Origin: an uncultured Acidobacteriota bacterium | Lineage (GTDB): Bacteria; Acidobacteriota; UBA6911 | Assembly (NCBI GenBank): GCA_963809485.1 | Contig: CAWEJX010000008.1 | Coordinates: 448,001 to 512,000 of the forward strand | Length of the DNA: 64,000 nt | Direction: 5' to 3' | In this document: one piece after another, positions 10,555 to 19,967 of the stretch | Position numbering within the stretch: position 1 is the first letter of the stretch | Layout of the letters: each line of letters opens with the position of its first letter | The notes under the pieces: generated by a model | Seen by the model: only the letters and a program-made list of their open reading frames with translations | Told to the model about the DNA's origin: nothing | The model's database searches: none | Made by a program: the position numbers and the translations under genes

Positions 10555-11637
10555 ATGCGTAAGCGGCATCAAAAAGGCAGTTTGAAAATCAGAAACGGAA
10601 ACTGGATCGCCCAGTGGTGGCAGGAAGGACACCGTCGAAACAAAGTGCTCGGCAAAATCCGGAAGATAAGCAAATCGGAAGCTGAGGACAAGTTGGCGGA
10701 CATTCTTGCGCCCATCAACGGCGACCAGGATTTACCATCCAGCAAAACGAGCTTCGACGATTTCGTGAAGCAAGTCTACTTACCCTTCTATCGCCGGAAA
10801 TGGAAGAAGTCCACGGCAGGAACCAATGTGGACCGATTGGATCATCATCTTCTGTCCATTTTCACTGGACAGCCCCTCGCGGCTTTTGTCCGAGATGATT
10901 TGCAGAACTTCCTGGACAAGAAAGCGGCCGAAGGTCTGTCCTTCAGTACCATCGATCATCTTCGATGGGACCTAAAGCAGATATTCGAGATGGCAGTGCA
11001 CGAGGAATACCTAAGGAGGAATCCTGCGGCACTGTTATTTACGCCAAGGCAGGTCAGTTCCAGCCCAAAGGCGGTCATGACTTGGGGTGATGTGAAGTTA
11101 TTGTTTTTAACACTCGAGTCCAGAGAGCTTCTAGTTTGCATGCTTGCTACCACAGCCGGAATGCGTCCGGGAGAAATCTTTGGAATGAAGTGGAAGAATA
11201 TTGAACCAGATTCCATCGGCATTGAACAGCGGATCTACCGGGGGCGGCTGGATTCTCCAAAAACCGGCCGACGGAATGTCGCTCTTTCGGAACGGCTACA
11301 GGCGACTGTGGCACAATGGAGAGAACAATCCGGGTATCCCGGACCTGAAGAATGGGTATTCCCTTCCGAAAACCGGAAGACTCCCCTGGCAAAAGACAAT
11401 TGCTGGCATCGGGTGATCAAACCGAAGCTCAAGAAAGTCAACCTCGACTGGGTAAACTTCCAGGTTATGCGACGCACCCACGCTTCCCTGATGCGCGAAC
11501 TGGACGTAGATCCCAAGATCGTGGCGGACCAACTTGGCCATTCTGTTGATGTGAATCTCAACGTCTATACCAAAACTGGCTTGGGTCTTCGGAAAAAGGC
11601 TATGGATGCGATGGAAACGGCGCTTTCAGGGGCTTAA
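10555..11637 (+). CDS. Tyrosine recombinase/integrase
   Basis: GMRPGE, MRRTHAS, LGH and NVY catalytic motifs; GAGGAG RBS; ends about 54 bp from the tRNA 3' end. Confidence 0.92.
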   Translation: MRKRHQKGSLKIRNGNWIAQWWQEGHRRNKVLGKIRKISKSEAEDKLADILAPINGDQDLPSSKTSFDDFVKQVYLPFYRRKWKKSTAGTNVDRLDHHLLSIFTGQPLAAFVRDDLQNFLDKKAAEGLSFSTIDHLRWDLKQIFEMAVHEEYLRRNPAALLFTPRQVSSSPKAVMTWGDVKLLFLTLESRELLVCMLATTAGMRPGEIFGMKWKNIEPDSIGIEQRIYRGRLDSPKTGRRNVALSERLQATVAQWREQSGYPGPEEWVFPSENRKTPLAKDNCWHRVIKPKLKKVNLDWVNFQVMRRTHASLMRELDVDPKIVADQLGHSVDVNLNVYTKTGLGLRKKAMDAMETALSGA

Positions 11638-11690
11638 TGGAGTATATCGGAGTACGGATTTAAGTGGCTGGCTGTAAGTTGTTGATTTTA

Positions 11691-11765
<75 letters not shown>

Positions 11766-12169
11766 TCATATTACTACATGATTTAAAATAGCTTACAGCG
11801 CGAACTGATATTTTGTGCCACAGTACGTGCAACAAATCGGATTCAGAGCATCTCGGATGCCTTCGATAATTGCTGCACAACTGTTGCACGCCAGTTTCGC
11901 ATGTCGCTCAATTTAGCTTTACTTGCAGCTTTTTGCAAGGGGCAAACCAAATGAGTTCGCCAAGGGGCCCAATAAATTTCTTCCCCGGCTGGATTACTTG
12001 AGTTCATCTCTGCCCAAATCCTCCCGGGATCGCAGGCTTTATGATCCTATCAAAAAAACATTATCAAGCTTAAGCCGCAAAATAATCGCAGCTTTAAAAA
12101 ATACTTCCTGTATCAGGCCGTCGTTTGTGTCTGATATAAAGCATAATGAAATCAATTCTTGATTTTCAG

Positions 12170-12300
12170 GCGGCAGGCGGTGGGCGCGCGGCATATCGCG
12201 GCAAATACTTCCGTCGAACCCTTTCGCGGGTTGGGACGCAAGCACCTGCATGGATGCTGACTTGTCAGCCGAAGCCATGGCGAAGGCTGAAGCCTTCGAT
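12170..12300 (-). pseudogene. Possible IS91/ISCR-type transposase fragment
   Basis: One frame reads VSIHAGACVPTRERVRRKYLPRYAARPP, which resembles the S(L/V)HA...RY..RPP segment of Y2 transposases as I recall it. It is flanked by stops. Confidence 0.4.
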
Positions 12301-12306
12301 TTGGGT

Positions 12307-12419
12307 ACACCGCTCGGGAATATTGCCACGCGCTATCGTGCGCTTCTAAATGAATATTCCCGAACGGTAAAATAGTGTTTGACGGATCGCCAAGAACGTG
12401 AGATATTACCGCTCGGGAA
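12307..12419 (+). promoter_or_regulatory. hipBA promoter with three palindromic operators (TTMCCG-NN-CGGKAA)
   Basis: Copies at 12307-12320, 12357-12370 and 12406-12419; TTGACG -35 at 12379-12384. Confidence 0.7.
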
Positions 12420-12421
12420 CT

Positions 12422-12661
12422 ATGAAGATGAAAAACACAGAACAGCTCGGAACGGCGATCCGAATGCGGCGGAAGCAGCTGAAGATCACCCAGAAAGAAC
12501 TGGCCATGACCTGCGGAACGGGGCTGCGATTCATCGTCGATCTGGAGAAGGGAAAGCCCACCTGCCAGATAGGCAAGACACTACAAGTCCTGCAAGCGCT
12601 GGGGCTTGCCATCGAAACGACGATTCTCGGCAGCGATGAGACGGGAGGCAAGAGGTCATGA
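12422..12661 (+). CDS. hipB: HipB-like XRE antitoxin
   Basis: XRE HTH (ITQKELAMTCGTGLRFIVDLEKGK); ATGA overlap with hipA. Confidence 0.88.
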   Translation: MKMKNTEQLGTAIRMRRKQLKITQKELAMTCGTGLRFIVDLEKGKPTCQIGKTLQVLQALGLAIETTILGSDETGGKRS

Positions 12662-13902
12662 AACGGCTGATTGTCTATTTGAATGGCGAACGGGCGGGCA
12701 TCCTGGATGAGGATGACAGTGGACTTCTCGAGTTTCGATATGCCCCGGAATGGACAGGCAGGCCGGATGCCATACCTCTATCTCGGTCGCTGCCGCTGCA
12801 GGACGAACCGTTCCGGGGAAAACATGCGCGTCCCTTCTTCGCCGGTATTCTCCCCGATGAGGGACCAAGGCAGCAGATCGCGGCCATTCTAGGAATTAGC
12901 GAGCGCAACGATTTCGCCATGCTGGAACGTATCGGCGGCGAATGCGCGGGTGCCGTCAGCCTGCTGCCGGAAGACGCGCCCCCTCCTCCCGTGGGCGAAA
13001 CGCGTGTTCGGGAACTGAGCGAGAAAGAGTTGGGAAACATCGTCGCGGAACTGCCACGCCGCCCGCTGATGGCGGGGTGCGATGGACTGAGGCTTTCGCT
13101 GGCCGGATCGCAGTCGAAGCTGCCGGTCTTGATTTGGGATGCTGCCATCGCGCTGCCTCTCGGCAACACTCCAAGCACGCATATCATCAAACCGGAACCC
13201 GTGCGATTCCCCGGATTGGTGGCCACCGAGGTTCTCTGTATGACGCTGGCCGGAGCGGTCGGTTTGAATGTTCCTCCGGTATCCATTCGCCCAGTCTGCA
13301 ACCAGCCGTGCATCGTCGTCCAGCGATACGACCGCAACATCGGCGCGAACCGCTCCGTCACGCGCGTTCATCAGGAGGACTTCTGCCAGGCACTTGGATT
13401 CCCCCCCGAGCGCAAGTACCAACAGGAAGGTGGCCCGCTGCTTCGCGACTGCATAGGCCTGCTCCGCGAGTGGTCCACCGTCGCGGCCCTGGATATCCGG
13501 GATTTCCTTGATGGCCTGATCTTCAATGTGCTGATCGGGAATGCTGATGCGCACGGTAAGAACTACTCGATCCTCTATCGCAGGACCGAACGAAGGCTTG
13601 CGCCCTTCTACGATCTGGTTTGCACGCTGGCTTGGCCGGAATTGTCCAAGACTCCAGCCATGAAGATCGGGAAGAGCGACTCCATCGAGAGAATCACGCC
13701 CGCGCACTGGCAGAAGATGGCCCAGGAATGCCGTGTGGGTTGGCCCATGCTGCGCGAACGGATCGCCGACCTGTGCGGCAAGGTCGTCGATGGACTGCAG
13801 AACAAAGACCTTCTAGCCGCCACCGGCGATCTCACAATGGCCGAACGCGTGGCCGGCATCATCCAGGAGCGGGCAGCATCGCTTCTACGGAGCCTGAAAT
13901 AA
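12658..13902 (+). CDS. hipA: HipA-family Ser/Thr kinase toxin
   Basis: SLAGSQSK P-loop, HIIKP, HQEDFCQA, GNADAHGKN, LAPFYD. Confidence 0.95.
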   Translation: MKRLIVYLNGERAGILDEDDSGLLEFRYAPEWTGRPDAIPLSRSLPLQDEPFRGKHARPFFAGILPDEGPRQQIAAILGISERNDFAMLERIGGECAGAVSLLPEDAPPPPVGETRVRELSEKELGNIVAELPRRPLMAGCDGLRLSLAGSQSKLPVLIWDAAIALPLGNTPSTHIIKPEPVRFPGLVATEVLCMTLAGAVGLNVPPVSIRPVCNQPCIVVQRYDRNIGANRSVTRVHQEDFCQALGFPPERKYQQEGGPLLRDCIGLLREWSTVAALDIRDFLDGLIFNVLIGNADAHGKNYSILYRRTERRLAPFYDLVCTLAWPELSKTPAMKIGKSDSIERITPAHWQKMAQECRVGWPMLRERIADLCGKVVDGLQNKDLLAATGDLTMAERVAGIIQERAASLLRSLK

Positions 13903-13985
13903 ACACTGCTGCATCGCCGGTAGTAAAAGGTCGGATCACCAGCCTTTTGGTTCGTATCATTAATTTCTCCGAAATATATTGAATC

Positions 13986-14590
13986 TCATGGCATAACATC
14001 ACGGCTAAGGCGCACGGTTTGACGCATCGCCTCCAGCCGATTGTCGGCAATTCCCTTCCCCTTCATGGTCCGCACAACCTTCATCCCGAGCTCACGGCAA
14101 GCCGTCAGGACTTCCGGCATCTCTGTCACCTTGCCTTTCTGATAGACAGACGCACGCACATCACCAAGGTATGTTCCCTGCAAAACCTCTACCGTGAGCT
14201 TCATCGGCTCAATCACCCAGTCGCCGTGTCGTGTTTCCGGGCGACCATACGCACAGAGGACAACGTGGCCCTTCCCTCGGAACCGATCTCGGTAGTCCGG
14301 ATGGTTAAAATAGGATGACATGCGGTCGAGGAAGCATTTCATCTGGGCCGATGCGCCCTGCCAATACACTGGAGTGGACCACACCACGATATCAGCGATC
14401 AGGAAGCGCTCAAGAAGCGCCGGGAAATCATCATCTTTCCGGGGATCATCCCTCGTCCGGGTGTTGTCAGCTACATCGCCAACAGGGCGAATCCAATGAT
14501 CGTCCAAGTATATCTTGTCGACGGTAGCCCCGATCGACCTGGCTCCTTCCAGCACCTCGTCGGCCATGATATCCGTATTCCCCTTCTTCA
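13986..14590 (-). pseudogene. Flavodoxin-like/NADPH-dependent FMN reductase, apparently 5'-truncated
   Basis: ADIVVWSTPVYW...QMKCFLDR. The frame retains KKGNTD upstream of the Met but lacks the expected beta-strand + GSPR N-terminus. Confidence 0.6.
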
Positions 14591-14835
14591 GGAACCAGAA
14601 TGAATCAAGCCTGTGCGGGTGCTTTACAATATCCGTTCAGGCTGCGTATAGTGTGAAATCAGGAGCCGGACGGAAGGATTCGTGATCTGAAAGGCAATTT
14701 ATCCCGCCTATCCCCAGGTAGGAAAAAGCCCGCAAATCCGGAACAACCTGCAGCTTCACAAAATGGCCGATTGACTCCTGTTTTGGGCAAACTATCCTAT
14801 AATGGGCATTACAATGATCCGGAGGAAGATCTGCC

Positions 14836-17418
14836 ATGAAACCAGCTTACACATTTACCGTTATTCCCAGGCTCCCCGCTTCCCTGGAACGCCTGCGCGA
14901 ACTCGCCCATAACATCCGCTGGGCCTGGAACCACGACACGATTGCCCTGTTCCGCCGACTCGACAGCGATCTCTGGGAAACAAGCGGACACAATCCCGTG
15001 CGCATGCTGGGGACCGTCGACCAGAAACGCCTGGAGGAATCGGCAGCCGATGAGTCGTTCATGGCTCATTTCGAGCGCGTCCTGGAAGACTTCGACGCCT
15101 ACCTCAAGAACGAATCCAACTGGTTCCGCAAAACTCACAGCGAGGCCGGCAACGCATTGGTAGCCTACTTCTCCGCGGAGTTCGGCTTGACCGAATGCCT
15201 GTCCATTTTTGCCGGCGGCCTGGGAATCCTGGCCGGCGATCACCTGAAATCCGCCAGCGACCTGGGAATTCCGCTGGTCGGGGTCGGCCTCCTTTATCAG
15301 CAAGGCTACTTCCGCCAGTACCTGAATGCGGCCGGATGGCAGCAGGAGGACTACGAGGACAACGACTTCCATACCATACCCACGGCTCTGGTGCGCAAAC
15401 CCGATGGCTCTCCGCTGACCATTGAGATCGCCTACCCCGATGGAAAGGTTGTCGCGCAGATCTGGCGCATCGTGGCGGGCCGCGTTTCACTCTATCTCCT
15501 GGATACCAACCTTCCGCTAAATGCCCGCAGCGAAGACCGCGACATTACGGACCAGCTTTACGGTGGAAATCTCAACAACCGCATACGCCAGGAGATCCTG
15601 CTGGGTATCGGCGGATGCCGGGCGCTTGAAGCCCTGAATATCCACCCCACCGCCTATCACATGAATGAGGGACATTCCGCTTTTCTTTCGCTCGAGTTAA
15701 CGCGACGTCTGATGGAAAAGCATTCCATCTCGTTTGCCGAAGCCAGGCAGCTGGCATCTGCGGCGCTGGTCTTTACCACCCACACGCCCGTGGCGGCCGG
15801 ACATGACTATTTCTCCCCGGAGCTTATGGACCGGCATTTCTCCGATTACATCACGAGGCTTCGCATCAGCCGCAGCGAATTCCTGGCGCTGGGCCGCCTG
15901 AACCCTGCCAACGAAACCGAAGATTTCTGCATGACCATACTGGCTCTGCGCATGGCCGCCTTCAGCAACGGGGTCAGCCGCCTGCACGGACAGGTCAGCC
16001 GCCGCCTGTGGCGTGATATCTGGCCGAATGTGCCCGATGTCGAGGTCCCCATCCTGCACGTCACCAATGCCGTCCATTTCCAGTCCTGGATCTCGCAGGA
16101 GATGAACCAGCTCTATGAGCGCTACCTTGGCCCCAGCTGGCGGGAGCAACCGGCCGAGCAGAGCGTGTGGCGGCGGGTCGAGTCCATGGCGGCCGAGGAG
16201 CTGTGGCATACCCACGAGCGAAGGCGCGAAAGGCTCGTCTCGTTTGCCCGCAAGCGCCTGCGCGACCAGCTGCAGCGGCGCAGCGCGTCCCAATCGGACA
16301 TCGAGGCCGCCGAAGACGCCCTCGATCCCGAAACTCTGACCATAGGATTCGCGCGCCGCTTCGCGACTTACAAACGAGGCACTCTGCTTCTGCGTGATAA
16401 GAACCGTCTGGCAAACCTTCTCAACGATCCCAAGCGGCCGGTACAGATCATCTACGCCGGGAAAGCGCACCCCCGCGACGATGCCGGCAAGGAGCTGATC
16501 CAGCAGATTGCGTCGCTGGCGCGCGAGCCCAGGTTTCGCCGCCGTATGGTGTTTTTGGAAGACTACGACCTGAGCGTCGCCCGGTACCTCGTCCAGGGAG
16601 TTGATGTCTGGCTGAACACCCCTCTTAGGCCCAATGAAGCCAGCGGCACGAGCGGGATGAAGGCCCTCGCCAACGGCGTCCTCAACCTGAGCACCCTCGA
16701 TGGCTGGTGGGATGAGGCCTATCTTGCAGGCAGTAAGGATGGATCCCTTATCGGTTGGGCAATCGGCAAAGGCGAATCCTACGCCGACCGCAATTATCAG
16801 GACCAGGTTGAAATGGAAGCCCTGTACGACATCCTCGAACGCGACGTGATCCCTGCCTTCTACGAGCGGCGGGCGGACGGCCTTCCCCGCCGGTGGATTT
16901 CGCATATGAAGGCCTCCATCGCGCATTTATGCCCCACCTTCAACACCAACCGGATGCTCCGCGAATATACCGAGCGGTTCTACCTCGAGGCGCACGCCGA
17001 CCATCAGCGTCTCGCAGCCGACGGCGCAGCGCTGGCCAAAGCCCTGGCCGCATCTATGGCGCGGATACGCGCCGCCTGGAGCCAGGTCCGCATCACAATG
17101 CTGGACTCGGAACTACCCGCGGAAATCCAGATGGGAGAAGGCGTCCGCTTCCGGGCCCTGGTCCAGCCCGGATTGCTGGCGCCTGAGGATCTCAGGGTGG
17201 AACTCTATGCAGGCCGCCTGGATGCGGACGGCGAAATCGTTGAGCCCGTGGTCACCGAGATGAAGGCAGCAAGCCGCGAAAAGGGTGGCTACCTGTACGA
17301 AGCCCAGGCGATCCCCTGCTGCGGGAGCGGACGCCATGGCTACACCGCGCGCGTGCTGCCGCGGCATGCCGATCTGAAGAATCCTTTCGTGCCGGGATTG
17401 ATAACCTGGGCGAACTGA
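14836..17418 (+). CDS. glgP: Alpha-glucan (glycogen/maltodextrin) phosphorylase
   Basis: AYFSAEFG, GGLGILAGD, ARRFATYKR and PLP motif EASGTSGMK; GGAGG RBS. Confidence 0.96.
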   Translation: MKPAYTFTVIPRLPASLERLRELAHNIRWAWNHDTIALFRRLDSDLWETSGHNPVRMLGTVDQKRLEESAADESFMAHFERVLEDFDAYLKNESNWFRKTHSEAGNALVAYFSAEFGLTECLSIFAGGLGILAGDHLKSASDLGIPLVGVGLLYQQGYFRQYLNAAGWQQEDYEDNDFHTIPTALVRKPDGSPLTIEIAYPDGKVVAQIWRIVAGRVSLYLLDTNLPLNARSEDRDITDQLYGGNLNNRIRQEILLGIGGCRALEALNIHPTAYHMNEGHSAFLSLELTRRLMEKHSISFAEARQLASAALVFTTHTPVAAGHDYFSPELMDRHFSDYITRLRISRSEFLALGRLNPANETEDFCMTILALRMAAFSNGVSRLHGQVSRRLWRDIWPNVPDVEVPILHVTNAVHFQSWISQEMNQLYERYLGPSWREQPAEQSVWRRVESMAAEELWHTHERRRERLVSFARKRLRDQLQRRSASQSDIEAAEDALDPETLTIGFARRFATYKRGTLLLRDKNRLANLLNDPKRPVQIIYAGKAHPRDDAGKELIQQIASLAREPRFRRRMVFLEDYDLSVARYLVQGVDVWLNTPLRPNEASGTSGMKALANGVLNLSTLDGWWDEAYLAGSKDGSLIGWAIGKGESYADRNYQDQVEMEALYDILERDVIPAFYERRADGLPRRWISHMKASIAHLCPTFNTNRMLREYTERFYLEAHADHQRLAADGAALAKALAASMARIRAAWSQVRITMLDSELPAEIQMGEGVRFRALVQPGLLAPEDLRVELYAGRLDADGEIVEPVVTEMKAASREKGGYLYEAQAIPCCGSGRHGYTARVLPRHADLKNPFVPGLITWAN

Positions 17419-17490
17419 CAAAACGATGCGGTTGGAAATAAAGGTGAGTTCAAAGGATTTGCACGCGGAGACGCGGGGCCCACGGAGTCA

Positions 17491-17727
17491 GTCAGGTGCT
17501 TCCGGCAAAGCCGGAGGCTGGAAAGATTTGAACCGCTCAAAGCGGTTGGAGGAGTTACGCCGGTCTTGAACGCTGACTTACGCGGGCAAAAGCCGATGAG
17601 GCGCTTCCGATCCCCGCCGAACAAATCGGCGTTTGTCAGCGCTTTTATCAGCGTTTCTCAGCGTTTTAAAATGCGGAGCTGTCAAACTCTTTGAGTCTCC
17701 CGGAAGAGCCGAGGGTTTACCAATGTA
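17491..17727 (-). mobile_element. Non-autonomous IS200/IS605-type element (PATE/MITE-A), copy 1
   Basis: Left-end hairpin CCC(C/T)CGGC-TCT-(G/T)CCGGG, right-end hairpin CCTCCGGC-TTT-GCCGGA.G ending CTGAC; preceded by TAAT. Confidence 0.85.
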
Positions 17728-17776
17728 ATTACCCTGCTTGCTGGCCAGGACGGTTCTCCGGAACCGTCCGGCCCAG

Positions 17777-18745
17777 TTAAAACATTTCGGTGCGCCACAA
17801 ATCGTGGACGTGCACGACGCCGATCACGATTCTTTCCGGATCAACCACGACCAGGCTGGTGATTTTCATCTTTTCCATTTTCGCCAGCGCGACGGTCGCC
17901 AGTTCATGCTCCCCGATCGTCTTCGGTTCCTTCGTCATAGCCTGCCCCGCCAGCAGCTTCAGCGGGTCCGGAGACTTCTGAAGCAGCCGTCTCAGGTCTC
18001 CATCGGAGATCACCCCCGCTAAAACGCCGCGATCATCGGTGACGGCCGTCATTCCCAGGCTCTTGCGGGACATTTCATAAATGACATCCGGCATGGGAGT
18101 GGACTCCAGGACACGAGGAATGGATTCCCCACGGTGCATCAGCTCGCCCACCCGAAGGAGCTTTTTGCCGATGCTCCCAGCCGGGTGAACGGACGCAAAA
18201 TCCTCCCTGCCGAATCCCTTCCGCTCCATCAGGGTGATCGCCAGCGCATCGCCCATCGCCAGCGCCGCAGCGGTGCTGGTAGTCGGAGCCAGGCCGAAAG
18301 GACACGCTTCTTCGGCAACACTCACATCCAGGAAAACATCCGCATCCCGCGCGAGGGTGGATTCCCTCTCGCCCGTCATTGCGATCACCGGCAGTTCCAG
18401 GCGTTTCGCCACATTCAGGACCTGAAGAAGCTCGAAGGTCTCGCCGCTCTTGGAAATGGCCAGAATGACATCGTCCCGGCGAAGCAGCCCTACGTCGCCG
18501 TGGAGGGCATCGGCCGCATGAAGGAAGATCGCCGGCGAACCGGTGCTGCTGAGGGTCGCCGCAATTTTCTTGCATATGATTCCCGATTTGCCCAGTCCGG
18601 TGACGGCGATTTTGCCGCTGCAGGCCGCAGCAATATCCAGGGCGCGCAGGAAAGGAGCGCCAATGCGTCCCGTGAGGTTTCGGATGGCTTCCGCTTCGGT
18701 CTCAAGAACCCGTATCGCGGTTTCCACGGCGGATGAACCGTTCAT
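17777..18745 (-). CDS. kdsD: Arabinose-5-phosphate isomerase (KpsF/GutQ; SIS + CBS)
   Basis: GLGKSG, ALHGDVG, APTTST, HPAGSIG and a CBS pair; adjacent to kdsA. Confidence 0.95.
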   Translation of the reverse strand: MNGSSAVETAIRVLETEAEAIRNLTGRIGAPFLRALDIAAACSGKIAVTGLGKSGIICKKIAATLSSTGSPAIFLHAADALHGDVGLLRRDDVILAISKSGETFELLQVLNVAKRLELPVIAMTGERESTLARDADVFLDVSVAEEACPFGLAPTTSTAAALAMGDALAITLMERKGFGREDFASVHPAGSIGKKLLRVGELMHRGESIPRVLESTPMPDVIYEMSRKSLGMTAVTDDRGVLAGVISDGDLRRLLQKSPDPLKLLAGQAMTKEPKTIGEHELATVALAKMEKMKITSLVVVDPERIVIGVVHVHDLWRTEMF

Positions 18746-19566
18746 GAGATCCTCCGAAGCGAGCTGCGGATCTTGAGGATGTCTTCGACCAGTTGCGGAA
18801 ACATTTTCAGGTTGAGCGCATTGGGCCCGTCCGAAAGGGCCTTCGACGGATCGTCATGCACCTCGAAAAAAAAACCGTCCACCCCGGCCGCGGCGCCGGC
18901 GCGCGCCAGGTATGGGATGAAACGGGCATCGCCCCCGGACCGGTCGCCCTGCCCACCCGGCGCCTGCACGCTGTGCGTCACATCGAAAACCACAGGCTGC
19001 CCGAACGATCGCATAATCACGAACGACCGGAAGTCGACCACAAGATTGTTGTATCCGAAGGAAGCTCCCCTCTCCGTAAGCAGGAGGTTGCGGTTGCCCG
19101 TTGCCCGGGCCTTTTCCAGCACCTTGCTCATCTCCTGGGGAGAGAGAAACTGCCCCTTCTTCAGGTTCACACAGAGGCCTGTCGCTGCCGCCGCCTGCAC
19201 CAGATCAGTCTGGCGGCAGAGAAATGCGGGGATCTGAATCGCGTCCAGGACGTCCGCCGCCGAAGGAACCTGGGATTTCTCATGAACGTCGCTCAGGACC
19301 GGAAGACCGCTTGCCTCGCGGGCTTTTTCGAGAATGCGCAGGCCCTCCTCCAGCCCCGGCCCCCGGAAGGACCCGGCGGAAGTCCGGTTGGCCTTGTCGT
19401 ACGAGGCTTTGAATATCAAATCGATCTTCAGCCGCGACGCAACGCCGGCCAGCCGCTCGGCCATCTTGAGACAATGTCTTTCACTTTCGATGACGCACGG
19501 GCCGGCGATGAAAAAAGGCCGGGAGCGGTTACCGATCCTGTAGGATCCAACTTTCACCGATTGCAT
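18742..19566 (-). CDS. kdsA: KDO 8-phosphate synthase
   Basis: AGPCVIES, KASYDKANRTS, QIPAFLCRQTDL, SDGPN. Confidence 0.97.
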   Translation of the reverse strand: MQSVKVGSYRIGNRSRPFFIAGPCVIESERHCLKMAERLAGVASRLKIDLIFKASYDKANRTSAGSFRGPGLEEGLRILEKAREASGLPVLSDVHEKSQVPSAADVLDAIQIPAFLCRQTDLVQAAAATGLCVNLKKGQFLSPQEMSKVLEKARATGNRNLLLTERGASFGYNNLVVDFRSFVIMRSFGQPVVFDVTHSVQAPGGQGDRSGGDARFIPYLARAGAAAGVDGFFFEVHDDPSKALSDGPNALNLKMFPQLVEDILKIRSSLRRIS

Positions 19567-19604
19567 GCTTCCCTTCTCCTGCCCGATCCGCCCAATCGCG
19601 GTTT

Positions 19605-19859
19605 GTCAGGCATCTCCGGCAAAGCCGGAGGCTTGAAGGATTGGAACCGCTCAAAGCGGTTGGAGGAGTTACGCCAATCTTGAACGCTGACTTGCGCGGG
19701 CAAGAGCCGATGAGGTGCTTCCGATTGGCCTTTGCTCGCCGACCCTCGCCGACCAAATCGGCGTTTGTCGGCGCTTTGGTCAGCGTATCTCAGCGTTTCA
19801 AAATATCGAGCCGTCAAACTCTATGAGTCCCCCGGAAGAGCCGGGGGTTTACCAATAGA
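19605..19859 (-). mobile_element. MITE-A copy 2
   Basis: Same ends as copy 1; TAAT target at 19860-19863 (minus strand). Confidence 0.85.
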
Positions 19860-19879
19860 ATTATAAACCCGGTCAAAAA

Positions 19880-19940
19880 AAACGCCACGAATTCCACGGA
19901 TCGAAAATCGATATCCCGACCCGCGGAATTCGTGGCGTTT
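19880..19940. repeat. 9-mer-unit palindromic element (GCCACGAATTCCACGG...CCGCGGAATTCGTGGC)
   Basis: Near-perfect 20-bp stem. Related copies at 37143-37194, 39718-39752 and 62985-63453. Confidence 0.75.
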
Positions 19941-19967
19941 GGGGAGTGGACCGGAATCCCGCAGCGA

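Larger units (their letters stand above)
1..11690. mobile_element. Integrative mobilizable element inserted at the tRNA-Gly 3' end (left boundary not seen)
   Basis: Integrase, excisionase and relaxase lie next to the tRNA. An IHF-like site (AATCAACAACTTA) and repeated GGAGTA sit between int and the tRNA. I saw no second att copy, so including 1-5930 is inference. Confidence 0.7.

Noticed and set aside
11826-11890. Short IR CGTGCAACA...TGTTGCACG upstream of the tRNA
   Set aside because: Only 9 bp and single-copy in the window; insufficient support for a MITE.
17340-19826. Small ORFs over the MITEs (…CPRKSAFKTGVTPPTALSGSN…), also at 37175 and 63198
   Set aside because: Translations of the repeat, with inconsistent starts and stops between copies.
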